Shown piece by piece: positions 49,989-61,160 of a stretch of DNA of 64,000 nt. The translations under genes were made by a program, and so were the position numbers. Origin of the DNA: Octopus sinensis (taxonomy: Eukaryota); contig NC_043023.1 of NCBI RefSeq assembly GCF_006345805.1, positions 19,344,001 through 19,408,000 of the forward strand, given 5' to 3'. The stretch's first letter is position 1, and each line of letters opens with the position of its first letter. The notes beneath the pieces are model-generated. The model ran no database searches. It saw only the letters and a list, made by a program, of their open reading frames with translations, and had not been told where the DNA came from.

Positions 49989-50155
49989 CTGTTGGTGGCG
50001 GTGGTTCCCCTTTCCTGGCCTGGGCTTCAAACTGGTTTAAGGACGTTCGGTTGCAGTGGGTCACTATCGGGGTTTGACTGTGGATCTTCTTCTTGGGTAA
50101 TTTGTCGAAGATGATTCGAGACGATGCCTCAGAGCCAACCGCAACCACAGCAAAA
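49989..50155 (-). CDS. CPSF6: CPSF6/7 RRM exon (167 nt): FAVVAVGSEASSRIIFDKLPKKKIHSQTPIVTHCNRTSLNQFEAQARKGEPPPPT
   Basis: Acceptor ttgcctgtttcag. Phase 2 completes the Gly of RNP1 (KGFAVV). Similar to human CPSF6 FALVGVGSEASS...QFEMQSRK and CPSF7 QFEAQARK. The donor GTAGCA is weak but gives the phase the next exon needs. Confidence 0.93.
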
Positions 50156-50339
50156 CTGAAACAGGCAAAACAATGGAATGAGTGGACACAGTGTACATAC
50201 ATACATACATAAAAGGACAAAGGGTAAAGACCCTCCCCCCTTCGGTACAACCACATTAGGTCGGCAAATAATCATTACTTTAAAGTGCTGCTACTGAATA
50301 TCTCTCCCAAGCATACCAGCTTCCACTCTCCACACCATT

Positions 50340-50700
50340 ATCTTTATATATATAAAACTGAGAATATGTGTCTGTCTGTGTGTGTGTTTCCCTAAAACTT
50401 GAGAACTACACAACCAATTTCATTCAAATTTTACACATGCCTTACTTAGGGTCCGGGGAATGTCATCGGCAAAAAGTAATTTTTAACTTTTTGCCTAGGG
50501 CGAGCCCACAGCAATATCAAATCTTCTCCACTACGATTCCCTAAAACTTGAGAACTACATAACCAATTCCATTCAAATTTTACACATGCCTTACTTAGGG
50601 TCTATGTAGTTTCATGGGAAAAAAAAAATGTTCAACTTCTTGCCTAGAGCGAGCCCATAGCAATATCATATCTTCTTCACTATTTCAGTATTATATGTTA
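50340..50700 (+). mobile_element. Helitron-like non-autonomous 5' fragment with an internal duplication
   Basis: Starts tctttatatatataaaa, followed by a (gtct/gt) tract. ccctaaaacttgagaactaca...caaattttacacatgccttacttagggtc occurs twice. No 3' CTRR end found. Confidence 0.45.
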
Positions 50701-51434
50701 AAAGTGAAACAAAAACGTTTCTCTATTTATGTCAGATACTTTCACTTTAACAATAAAAATAATAATAACAATTGAATTATATGTAGTAAGTAATAATTAA
50801 AATCAAACTAAAGTATAATATAATCGTAACATAAAAAAAAAAGTAAAAATAGCAATTGGTATAAAATTGCATCAATGACTTGAACTTGAATAAGTGGTTT
50901 CACATGAATGGGAATAAATTGAAAATAAAATTAGCGTGCAGACATGGAATAGTCCAGATGGATAATAAAAAATTAAATTAAAGAAAAGACTATTGTCTAT
51001 AAAGTATACAATGTAGAGAAAAAAGATTTGAACACATGGAGGAAAGCACCTTCGAAAAGTGTCTTGGTGCAACTATGAAAGGCATCTAATCAGAGGCGGT
51101 AAATTCACCACAATAGAAGCAAGGTTCGAGTCAACGGAGCTTGCAAGGGAATACTCGACTCGTATGTACATAAGGTAAAGAGTAAGATCTGCATCTAGGA
51201 CTCATCAAATCCTTGTCGGACCCTGTCCAACCCATGCAAGCATGGGACATGCCTTTAACTGGAGATGATTATATAAAAGAGAAACATTGTTGTTTCTAAA
51301 TCTCTCAACGAGAGATATTCAGTAACGATTATTTGCCAACCTAATGATGTGGCCCCGTTTGGGGTGAATGCTACTGTTGTTTAACCCCAGGAGACATCGT
51401 CTCTGGCTGGCTATATGACACACGATCTGTGTCC

Positions 51435-52280
51435 TTATATAGTGGATGGGACTTGTGGAAGGGGAAGACCTAGAAAGACATGGGACAAAGTGCTGAAGCC
51501 GATCTCAAGACACCCAGCCTTATGAAGGAGAGGACTAAGGACTGAGACATCTGGCACCTTGCAGCACTCAAGACCCATCCACCACAGCAGAATTGATAAA
51601 CACACCAGTGCTGGTGCCACATAAAAAGCACTGGGGTTGATGCCATGACAAAAGCTCTGCTACTGGTGCTACAAAAAAAAAAAAAAGCACCGATGCTAGT
51701 GCCATGTAAAATGCACCAAGTACACTCTGTAGAGTGGTTGGCATTAGGAAGGGCATCCAGCCATAGAAACCATATCAAAGCAGACCTCACAGGTGCTGGT
51801 CCTACATAAAAAGCACCCAGTACACTCTGTAAAGTGGTTGGCATTAGGAAGGGCATCCAGCCATAAAAACCGTACCAAAGCAGACCTCACTGGTGCTGGT
51901 TCCACATAAAAAGCACCCAGTACACTCTATAAAGTGGTTGGCATTAGGAAGGGCATCCAGCTGTAGAAACCATACCAAAGCAGACCTCACAGGTGCTGGT
52001 GCCACATAAAAAGCACCCAGTACACTCTGTAAAGTGGCTGGCATAAGGAAGGGCACCCAGCCATAGAAACCATACCAAAGCAGACCTCACTGGTGCTGGT
52101 TCCACATAAAAAGTACCCAGTACACTCTGTAAAGTGGTTGGCATTAGGAAGGGCATCCAGCCATAGATACCACGCCAGAGCAAGACAATGGAGCCTGATG
52201 CAACACCTGACCATACCAGCTCCAGTCAAACTGTCCAACCCATGCCAACATGGAAAACGGACAGTAAATGATTATAGTGG
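51435..52280 (+). mobile_element. RTE 3' end (decayed ORF2 end plus UTR) with an exact 100-bp unit repeated 5 times
   Basis: tacactct at 51721, 51821, 51921, 52021 and 52121. Confidence 0.85.
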
Positions 52281-52888
52281 TGGTGGTGTGTGTTTTTGTC
52301 CCCTACCAAAAGCACTTCACAACTGCTGTTGGTTTGTTTACATCCACATAAATCAGCCGTTTAGCAAAAGAGGCTGACAGAGTAAGTTGTAGACTTAAAT
52401 AGATAATGTGGGGTCAACTAAACCCTTGAAGGAGATGCCCCAACCACATGGTTGTGGGTTCAATCCCACTGGGTGGTACTTTGGCCAAGTGACTTCTACT
52501 ACAGCATCAAGCCGACCACAGCCTTGTACATGGATTTGGTAGAAGGAAACTGAAAGAAGCCCATCATATGTGTGTGTGTGTGTGTGTGTGCAGGTGTTTG
52601 CCGTGACAACCAGTGTTGGTGTGTTTCTGTCCTCATAACTTAGTGGTTTGGCAAAGAGACAGATAGACTAAGGACTAGGCTTTAAAAATTAAGCCCTGGG
52701 GTCGAATTGTTTGACAAAAACACTTTGAGGTGGTACTCCAGTATGGCCGCATTCGAACGACTGAAACGAGTGAAAGAATAAAAGAAAAACAAAACAAGCA
52801 AACAAACTTCGAGGTGGTGCCCCAGCATGGCCACAGCTCATGAGCTGAAACTAGATAAAATAAAAAAAATCAAAAAAACAAACGTTAC

Positions 52889-52992
52889 CCCTTGGATTGG
52901 CCGTTGGCTCTGTTTTCATAGAATTTAATTTCAAGCAAATCTGGGACTCCGATCGAAGCAATAATGTCTGTTAAATCTTGGTCAGTTGTCCA
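52889..52992 (-). CDS. CPSF6: CPSF6/7 RRM exon (104 nt): [35 protein letters not shown]
   Basis: Acceptor tattatttcag, donor GTAACG. Matches human WTTDEDL...[15 protein letters not shown]. Confidence 0.97.
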
Positions 52993-53256
52993 CTGAAATA
53001 ATATTAAATATTCGGGATAAATAACAACATGAATTCTTGGGTGGAATGAACACAAACAAAACAAAATACTAAATATATAACTGTGGGCGTGGCTGTAGGG
53101 TAAGAAGCTTGCTTCTCAATCACATTGTTCTCGGTTCAATTCCGCTGAATGGCACCTTGGGCCAGTGCCCTCTACTGTGGCCTTGGCCTGGCCTGGCCAA
53201 AACCTTGTGAATGGATTCAGTAGAGAAAAACTGAAAGAAGCCCATTGTAATATGTA

Positions 53257-53369
<113 letters not shown>

Positions 53370-53464
53370 AAAGAAGCCCATTGTTATATATATATATATA
53401 TATACACACATACAAAGAAGCCCATTGTTATATATATATATATATATTGCTTTCAAAATGTGAC

Positions 53465-53650
53465 CTCATGTGTACCGTTGGCAATTTTTTTTCCTTTGTC
53501 TTCCCTTCTCCTATGTTTCCGACGAAGAGCTCCGCTCAAAATGTTAAACCCTCCTTCTTTCCATCTTTCCTGAGCGTCCAATAATTCTATATTTGTTCCA
53601 CGTCCTCACGTTGTTGTGTTTTCTCTTTGTGTTTTCATGCTTGGATTAAC
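53465..53650 (+). mobile_element. Penelope-like element terminal fragment carrying a hammerhead-like motif
   Basis: gttt-ccgacga-a-gagc-tcc-gctc-aaaatgtt-aaac. Related to 22990-23185; lies between (TA)n tracts. Confidence 0.5.
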
Positions 53651-54059
53651 TATATATATATATTTTATAATTAGGGCTTAGCAAAGATTTGCTTTACCAC
53701 ATACCGAAGTTTAGAAATAGCAGCCAAAGAACCTTAGCTATTTCTTCTACTTTAAGAAGAGACTTCCAGGAGGTGTGGCTGTGTGGCACCTTGGGCCAAC
53801 CAAAGCCTGGTGAATGGATAACAAGTCCCCATAACAAGTACTGGGGTTGGTTTGTTCAATGAAGATTCTTCAAGGTAGGGCCCCAACATAGCTTCAGTAC
53901 CTAATGCCGGGTACAAGATATAAGGTTTAAAAGAGGAAGGACAATGCAATCTCGATATGCGAACTCCAACTTTTTTGTATTTTAAAATCAGTAGAGGGAT
54001 TCAGTCGGCCATTGGTGTTTAAGTAACAGGAAGGACATCCAGGCCTAAAATGTTGCCCA

Positions 54060-54690
54060 AGTGAGGTTATTACAGAGAGCAGGGGAGGACAGAGGGTAAG
54101 CAGTTGCATACAGAAGTGGCGATCACTTAAAGTGGATCGAACTTGTGGAAGTGAGAGAGCCAGGAAAACATGGGATGAAATATTGAAGGCCGATCTCAAA
54201 ATGATGAACCTTACAAAGGAGATGACAAAGGACAAAGATATGTGGTGCACTGCTGTACTCGAGAAGACATGCCCACCACAATAGAATTGAGATCCTAAAA
54301 CCCAAGTGTCATGTAAAAAGCACTGGTGATGGTGCCATGCATAAAAGCACCCAGTACATTATGTGAAGTGGTTGGTGCTAGCAATAGCAGCCAGCAGTAA
54401 AAACCAAGCGAAAAGAGATGAGAGCTAACGAAGATGATTAAGGGCTGAGATATCTGGTGCATCGCTGTACTCAAAAAGCCCTGTCCACCACAACAGAATC
54501 GGTACCAGTGCTGGTGCCACGTTAAAAGCATCCAGTATGCTCTGCGGAGTGGTTGGCATTTGGAAGGGCATCCAGCTGTAGAAACCATGCCAGAACAGAC
54601 AATGGAGCTCGGTATAGCCCCTAGCCTTAACTTTCATACCAGCATGGAAAACAGCTGTAAAATGATGATGATGATGATGATGATAGTGAT
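54060..54690 (+). mobile_element. Decayed RTE 3' end(s); the tail abuts a CPSF6 splice donor
   Basis: A fragment resembling CGSERARKTWDEILKADL, then the UTR and (tga)n ending at about 54690. Confidence 0.75.
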
Positions 54691-54699
54691 AGGACTTAC

Positions 54700-54804
54700 C
54701 CAAGTGAGGTTTCCAACATACAGACTGACCCTTTTGCCAGTATAGTTTGCAGGCATAATAGGGGCCGAAGAACCGGATTTAGTGTCATGACGCATTTCTC
54801 CGTG
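54700..54804 (-). CDS. CPSF6: CPSF6/7 exon (105 nt): HGEMRHDTKSGSSAPIMPANYTGKRVSLYVGNLTW, includes RRM RNP2
   Basis: Acceptor ttttcttttgcag, donor GTAAGT. YTGKRVSLYVGNLTW matches human CPSF6 YTGKRIALYIGNLTW as recalled. Confidence 0.95.
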
Positions 54805-57014
54805 CTGCAAAAGAAAATATACTTAAAATTATTCCAAAACAATTTTGTGGGTGCTGGAAGTTAAACCCTAAGTTGTACCATGGGATCAATATGACCCCAG
54901 GCTTACTAAAAGCACTAGAAAATCCAAACTGCTAGGTTTTATGATTCCCTATTCCACCTATTCTTTTTTTATGGTATTAGCTGTTTAGACTGAATCAATT
55001 TTGTCTCCATTATCATTATTATTATTATCATCATCAAGGTGGTGAGCTGGCAGAATCATTAACACACCAGGCAAAATGCTTAGCAGCATTTCGCCCTTCT
55101 TTATGTTCTGAGTTCAAATCCTGCCAAGGTCGACTCTGCCTTTCACTCTTTCAGGGTCGATAGATTAAGTGCCAATGAAACACTAGAGTCGATGTAATTG
55201 ACTAAGTCTCCTCCCCCAAAATTTCAGGTCTTGTGCCTAGAGCAGAAAGGATTATTATTATTATTATTGTTATTATCATCGTCATCATAAGGTGGCAAAC
55301 TGGCAGAATTGTTAGCATACTAGGCAAAGCCTACCTCGGCAGAATTTGAACTCAGAACATAAAAAACGATGAAATACCATTCGGCATTTTGCCTGACATT
55401 TTAACAATTCTGCCAACTTGCCTTAATAATAATAATAATAATAAATGCCCTGATGCAATACCAGGCAGTGGCTCTCGTGGCTTCTGATCTTAACTGATTG
55501 GAAGTGTTATCACGTACATTGTTTTGTCTTGGTATAAAAGATGGGCTACAGCAAATATTCTGCTCAATACCACAGATTTGCTTGTCAGTTGTTTGACCTT
55601 AACCAGTTGAGCATGTCCCTTAGTGGCTGACGATATGTGCATCTCTGATCACAAGCAGAAGTAGTGGGGGAGCATCATAGCCATGTGTTGAGAGGAATTC
55701 TTTGGGGTTTGAATAATTCACATTTGGAAACATGAGTGGTTCGTTCAATATCCTTAAACAACCCTTATTCAGGGACCTTTTGAGCGGGATGGGCTACTCG
55801 ACCAGAAGAAAATTCTAACTGGGCCCCACCTGGTGTACCCTTATCAGACGGGTAGTCATGATGGGTATACTGGGCTTCATATATTTTACCCCAGTGTCAC
55901 TTTGATGGCATGCACTGCTCTCTCACTCAATAATAATGATTTCAAATTTTGCCGCAAGGGCAGCAATTTTGGGAAAGGGGATGAGTCAATTACATCGACC
56001 CCAAAAGGATGAAAGGTAAAGTCGACCTCAGCAGAATTTGAACTCAGAACGTACCAACAAGCAAACTACTGCTAAGCATCTTGTCCAGCGTGCTGACAAT
56101 TCTGCCAACTCACTGCCTTACTAATACTAATACTACTACTACTAATAATAATAATTCTGGCACAGGGCCACCATGTCAAAACCAGGACACACTAACACAT
56201 ACAATATACATACATACACATATATAGCACACACACACACGTCATGCTAAGTAAAATCGTGGCCATCCATACAAACAGGCATGTCCTCTGCAACCATAAG
56301 CCCCACTTCCCCTCACACATAAACGCACACAAAATTCTGTCCTCTGGCAAAACACATCCACAATGATCAGCTGCCCAAAACTCTGACCACTTCACTGCAG
56401 GGCCCTCACTTGCTATCACTAAATATTTCCCTTCACTCATGGTACACTGCTTCTATCCCCTCTGTGCTACTTATGCTCCCACCACCACTGTTCCCAGTGG
56501 TCCTTAACCTTTTTCTTTCCCTAGTGCCTACCTAAGTAGTGAGTGAGGGACCAAGACTGAAGTAACTTGACATGGATGATAATTTATAAATTTTACTCAA
56601 ATGGAGTTCACAATATACCAAGAAAACAGGCAAGACTGTATCATCATCATCATCGTTTAACCATTTAGTATTTAAACCGACCAGATCCAGGCCCTCACAC
56701 CTACCCTACAATGTTATTCTACATTAAGTAATTACACCATCAAGATCTTGAAGATATGGGATAATGCATGATTAATTCAAATCAATGTGAATCAATAAGC
56801 ATTATGTTTGATAGAATAATCTGAACACTAAAGGGTTAACGTCCGTTTTCCATGCTAGCATGGGTTGGACGGTTCGACCGGGGTCTGGGAAGCCAGGAGG
56901 CTGCACCAGGCCCAGTCAGATTTGGCAGTGTTTCTACAGCTGGATGCCCTTCCTAACGCCCTATCCAGGAATCAAAACCACAACCATACAATCATGAGTC
57001 CAGCACCCTAACCT

Positions 57015-57246
57015 ATTTCTTTACTACCCACAAGGAGCTAAACACAGAGAGGACAAACAAGGACAGACAAACGGATTAAGTCGATTACATCGACCCCAGT
57101 GCGTAACTGGTACTTATTTAATCAACCCCGAAAGGATGAAAGGCAAAGTCGACCTTGGCGGAATTTGAACTGTGAACATGGCAACAGACGAAATACGGCT
57201 ACGCATTTCGCCCGGCGTGCTAACATTTCTGCCAGCTTGCTGCCTT
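57015..57246 (-). mobile_element. SINE family B
   Basis: Matches the family B consensus; cctaacc on both sides. Confidence 0.85.
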
Positions 57247-57501
57247 CCTAACCACTAAGCCACGTCCCTAAAGACCATCATAGTTTTGGGGAATGATTCA
57301 CTTGTCACGTCTTACAGCATTTACCCTAAGCCACACACCTCCACACACAATACATAAACATATACAAACACACACACGCACACATATATAATAAATGAAC
57401 CGAAGAGACACAACTGGTAGACCTCATGGGATGGGTGTGCCTGTGGTTATATATGTGGTAGGAGTTCAAGAGTGTGTGTGTCTCTCTCTCTGTTTACTTA
57501 C

Positions 57502-57588
57502 TCTGTTCCTGGCAAAATACACGGAAGAAGCGCGGTCGTGATCTCGCGTGTCCTGGGAAGATTCAGGGTCGACGCCATGGGAATAGAG
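57502..57588 (-). CDS. CPSF6: Probable CPSF6/7 N-terminal exon (87 nt, phase 0-0): LYSHGVDPESSQDTRDHDRASSVYFARNR
   Basis: Acceptor ttgccctctgcacag and consensus donor GTAAGT. Frame 0 is open and joins the next exon in frame. No recognisable homology, so the call rests on splice signals and non-repetitive composition. Confidence 0.6.
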
Positions 57589-58253
57589 CTGTGCAGAGGG
57601 CAAGATAGAGAGAGAGAGAGAAGATAAGATGTGTAGAAGGTAACATGGATGGACAGAACATCTACTACTACTACTACTACTACTACTACTGCTACTAAAA
57701 GAACAACATCAAAAGCCAAAGACACAATAAGCACGATAAGGAATTGAAAAGGGAGACATAGAGACGGAGGAGGAGGAGGCAAGGCACGGATGCTGGGGAA
57801 TCTTGACAACGATGACGACGAGATTGTAGGAGACAATGACGACAACAACAACAACAACGATAGTAACTGTGCAATGGAGGAATAAAAATGTTCTAGATTT
57901 GACTAATGTAATATGCAGTCTAACACTTTAGTATTTATAACTAGCCAAAATATTTGACCTGTCTTATGCTTTGAATTTGGTCAGACCTGGCCCCTTGCAC
58001 CTATCCTAAAATGTCCTTCTAAAAATAAATTTTCACATAATTGAAATTTCGAAGCTATCAGACAATGCAGGATTAATTCAAAACATTGCAAATAAACCTT
58101 GCATTTGATGGAGTAATCTGGATGATACAGGGTTAAATGTACCCTAGTATATCACTGCTATTTTGTTTTATTAATCTTAGAAGGACAAAAACTAAAGGTA
58201 GTCTTAATCTTCTATTATAATTCTATTCGCATCTAGGAGTTTTATAATATTAA

Positions 58254-58465
58254 CCCTTTAGCATGTAAGCTGGCCATGTCCAGTCCAAATACTGTTTTAT
58301 GATCAAACTGGACAGATCTCGCCTCTCACACCTACCCTATAATGTCATTCTAAAATTAAACAATCACATCATTGAAATCTTGAAGCTATGAGAAAATACA
58401 TGATTATTTCAAAACAATGTGAATCAATAAACAGTACATTCAACAGTAATCTGAGTGCTAAAGGG
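58254..58465. mobile_element. piggyBac-like MITE, second family
   Basis: TTAA|CCCTTTAGCA...TGCTAAAGGG|TTAA. Relatives at about 42655-42880, 56655-56836 and 60570-60725. Confidence 0.8.
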
Positions 58466-59048
58466 TTAAAAAATAAAATATTATTTTAACCCCACCCCTA
58501 AAATTGATGACCTTGTGCCAAAATTTGAGCCATTATTATTACTATTATTCATCATCATCATTTAACGTCCGTTTTCTGCGCTAGCACGGGTTGGACGGTT
58601 CGACTGGGATCTGGGAAGCCAGGGGCTGCACCAGGCTCCAGTCTGATCTGGCAGTGTTTCTACAGCTGGATGCCCTTCCTAACGCCAACCACTCCACAAG
58701 TGTAGTGGGTGCTTTTTACGTGCCACCAGCACAGGTGCCAGGGGAGTCTGGCATCGGCCACGTTCGAATGGTGTTTTTTATTACTAGTATTATTATTTTT
58801 TTTAATTATTAAGGTGTTTGTGGACAGATGAGTGAATTTGATGTTGCTCAATAGGGGTATGAAACCGCACAAGCTATCGGGCCCCGCTGCTGATATTGGG
58901 GGTTGCATTCTATGCTTTGACCCAAGCATAGAATAGGGCTCACCTCTTTGAGCTGGGAACTGAATGGAATGTCTGGGGTGTGTCTGGAGGCTACCCCTTC
59001 CTAAAAAAACGGGGAATAGGCCTGGGTATATAAAATTATTATTATTAA

Positions 59049-59213
59049 GGCGCAGGAGTGGCTGTGTGGTATGTAGCTTGTTTACCAACCACATGGTTCC
59101 GGGTTCAGTCCCACTGCGTGGCACCTTGGGCAAGTGTCTTCTACTACAGCCTCAGACCGACCAAAGCCTTGTGAGTGGATTTGGTAGATGGAAACTGAAA
59201 GAAGCCCGTCGTA

Positions 59214-59245
<32 letters not shown>

Positions 59246-59422
59246 GGCGTAGGAGTGGCTGTGTGGTAAGTAGCTTGCTTACCAACCACATGGTTCTGGG
59301 TTCAGTCCCACTGCGTGGCACCTTGGGCAAGTGTCTTCTGCTATAGCCTCGGACCAACCAAAGCTTTGTTAGTGGATTTGGTAGATGGAAACTGAAAGAA
59401 GCCCGTTGTATATATGTATATA

Positions 59423-59458
<36 letters not shown>

Positions 59459-59680
59459 ATATATATATGCGTGTGTGTGTTTGTATGTCTGTGTTTGTCC
59501 CCCTAGCATCACTTGACAACCGATGCTGGTGTGTTTATGTCCCCGTCACTTAGCGGTTTGGCAAAGGAGACCGATAGAATAAATACTGGGCTTACAAAAG
59601 AATAACTCCTGGGGTCGAGTTGCGCGATTAAAAAGCGGTGCTCCAGCATGGCCACAGTCAAATGACTGAAACAAGTAAAA
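59049..59680 (+). mobile_element. SINE family A with two heads and one tail
   Basis: Head 59049-59245 ends in (TA)n; a second full copy starts at 59246. Confidence 0.85.
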
Positions 59681-60130
59681 GCGAAGGTGGCAAGCTGGCA
59701 GAATTGTTACCATGCCAGCCAAAATGGATAGCAGCATTTTAATCATTCTGGGTTCAAACTGCACTACAGTCAAATTTGTTTTTCATTTTTCTGGGGGTTG
59801 AGGAAGTAAGTACAAATTAAACACTGGAGATTAATGTAATCAACTTATCCCTTCCTGTTAAATTTCAGGACTTGTGCCTATAGTAGAAAGAATCATTATC
59901 TCCGTCATAGCAAAGGCAGAGGTATTGTTTTCAGTCATATTTGTTTGTTTGTCCATGGACAAAATATCTCAAGAACCGCTGGATGGATTTGGATGAAACT
60001 TTCAGGGATGTTTGGCCTTGTGACTGACACGAACTGATTAGATTTTGGGATCAATCCGGTACTGGACAAGGATTCTGGATTATTTGTTGTATTTAACCCT
60101 TTAGTGTTCAGATTACTCTGTTAAATGTAT

Positions 60131-60527
60131 TTTACTTACTTTACTTACTTTTACTTGTTTCAGTCATTTGACTGCGGCCATGCTGGAGCACCGCCTTTAG
60201 TCGAGCAAATCAACCCCGGGACTTATTCTTTGTAAGCCCAGTACTTATTCTATCGGTCTCTTTTTACCAAACCGCTAAGTGACGGGGACGTAAACACACC
60301 AGCATCGGTTGTCAAGCAATGCTAGGGGGACAAACACAGACACACAAACGCATATATATATATACGACAGGCTTCTTTCAGTTTCCGTCTACCAAATCCA
60401 CTCACAAGGCATTGGTCGGCCCGGGGCTATAGCAGAAGACACTTGCCCAAGATGCCACGCAGTGGGACTGAACCCGGAACCATGTGGCTGGTTAGCAAGC
60501 TACTTACCACACAGCCACTCCTGCGCC
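60131..60527 (-). mobile_element. SINE family A, full length
   Basis: Matches the other family A copies. Confidence 0.88.
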
Positions 60528-60988
60528 TATGTATAATACCTTTTCACTCAAATTGTTTTGAATTAATCATGCATTATCTTATAGCTTTGAGGTTTCAATG
60601 ATGTGATTGTTTATTTTCAGAATGACATTGTAGGTCAGGAGTGAGAGGCTAGATATGGCAAGTTTGAATATAAAACATGCAGAATATATTGGGCCGGATT
60701 TGGCCGGTTTAAACACTAAAGGGTTAAACATTAAACATTGATGATGAAGGGAAATGCTACCATTCTCGGAAGCAGGTGAGGGTTGGCAATATGAAGGCAA
60801 TACAACTGTAGAAAATCTATCTCGACAAATTCCATCCAACCCATGAAAGCATGGAAAAGCTGATGTCAAAATGATGATGAAAGTAAATATGAGGCTAAAG
60901 TACTCAAGTTTAACCTTTTTTGGTACCATATTTCTGTTGAAATTAATTTTGAAAATAGGAATTTAGTAAAATAATTGTCATTATTATA

Positions 60989-61160
60989 GGCGCAGGAGTG
61001 GCTGTGTGGTAAGTAGCTTGTTTACCAACCACATGGTTCCGGGTTCAGTCCCACTGCGTGGTACCTTGGGCAAGTGTCTTCTACTATAGCCTCGGGCCGA
61101 CCAATGCCTTGTGAGTGGATTTGGTAGACGGAAACTGAAAGAAGCCCGTCGTATATATGT
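60989..61160 (+). mobile_element. SINE family A head interrupted by the RTE LINE
   Basis: Stops within its (TA) tract where the LINE tail begins. Confidence 0.8.

Noticed and set aside
57498-57857. 119-aa ORF from the ORF track
   Set aside because: Mostly simple repeats read through an intron. Only 57502-57588 has exon-like splice signals, and it fits the gene in a different frame.
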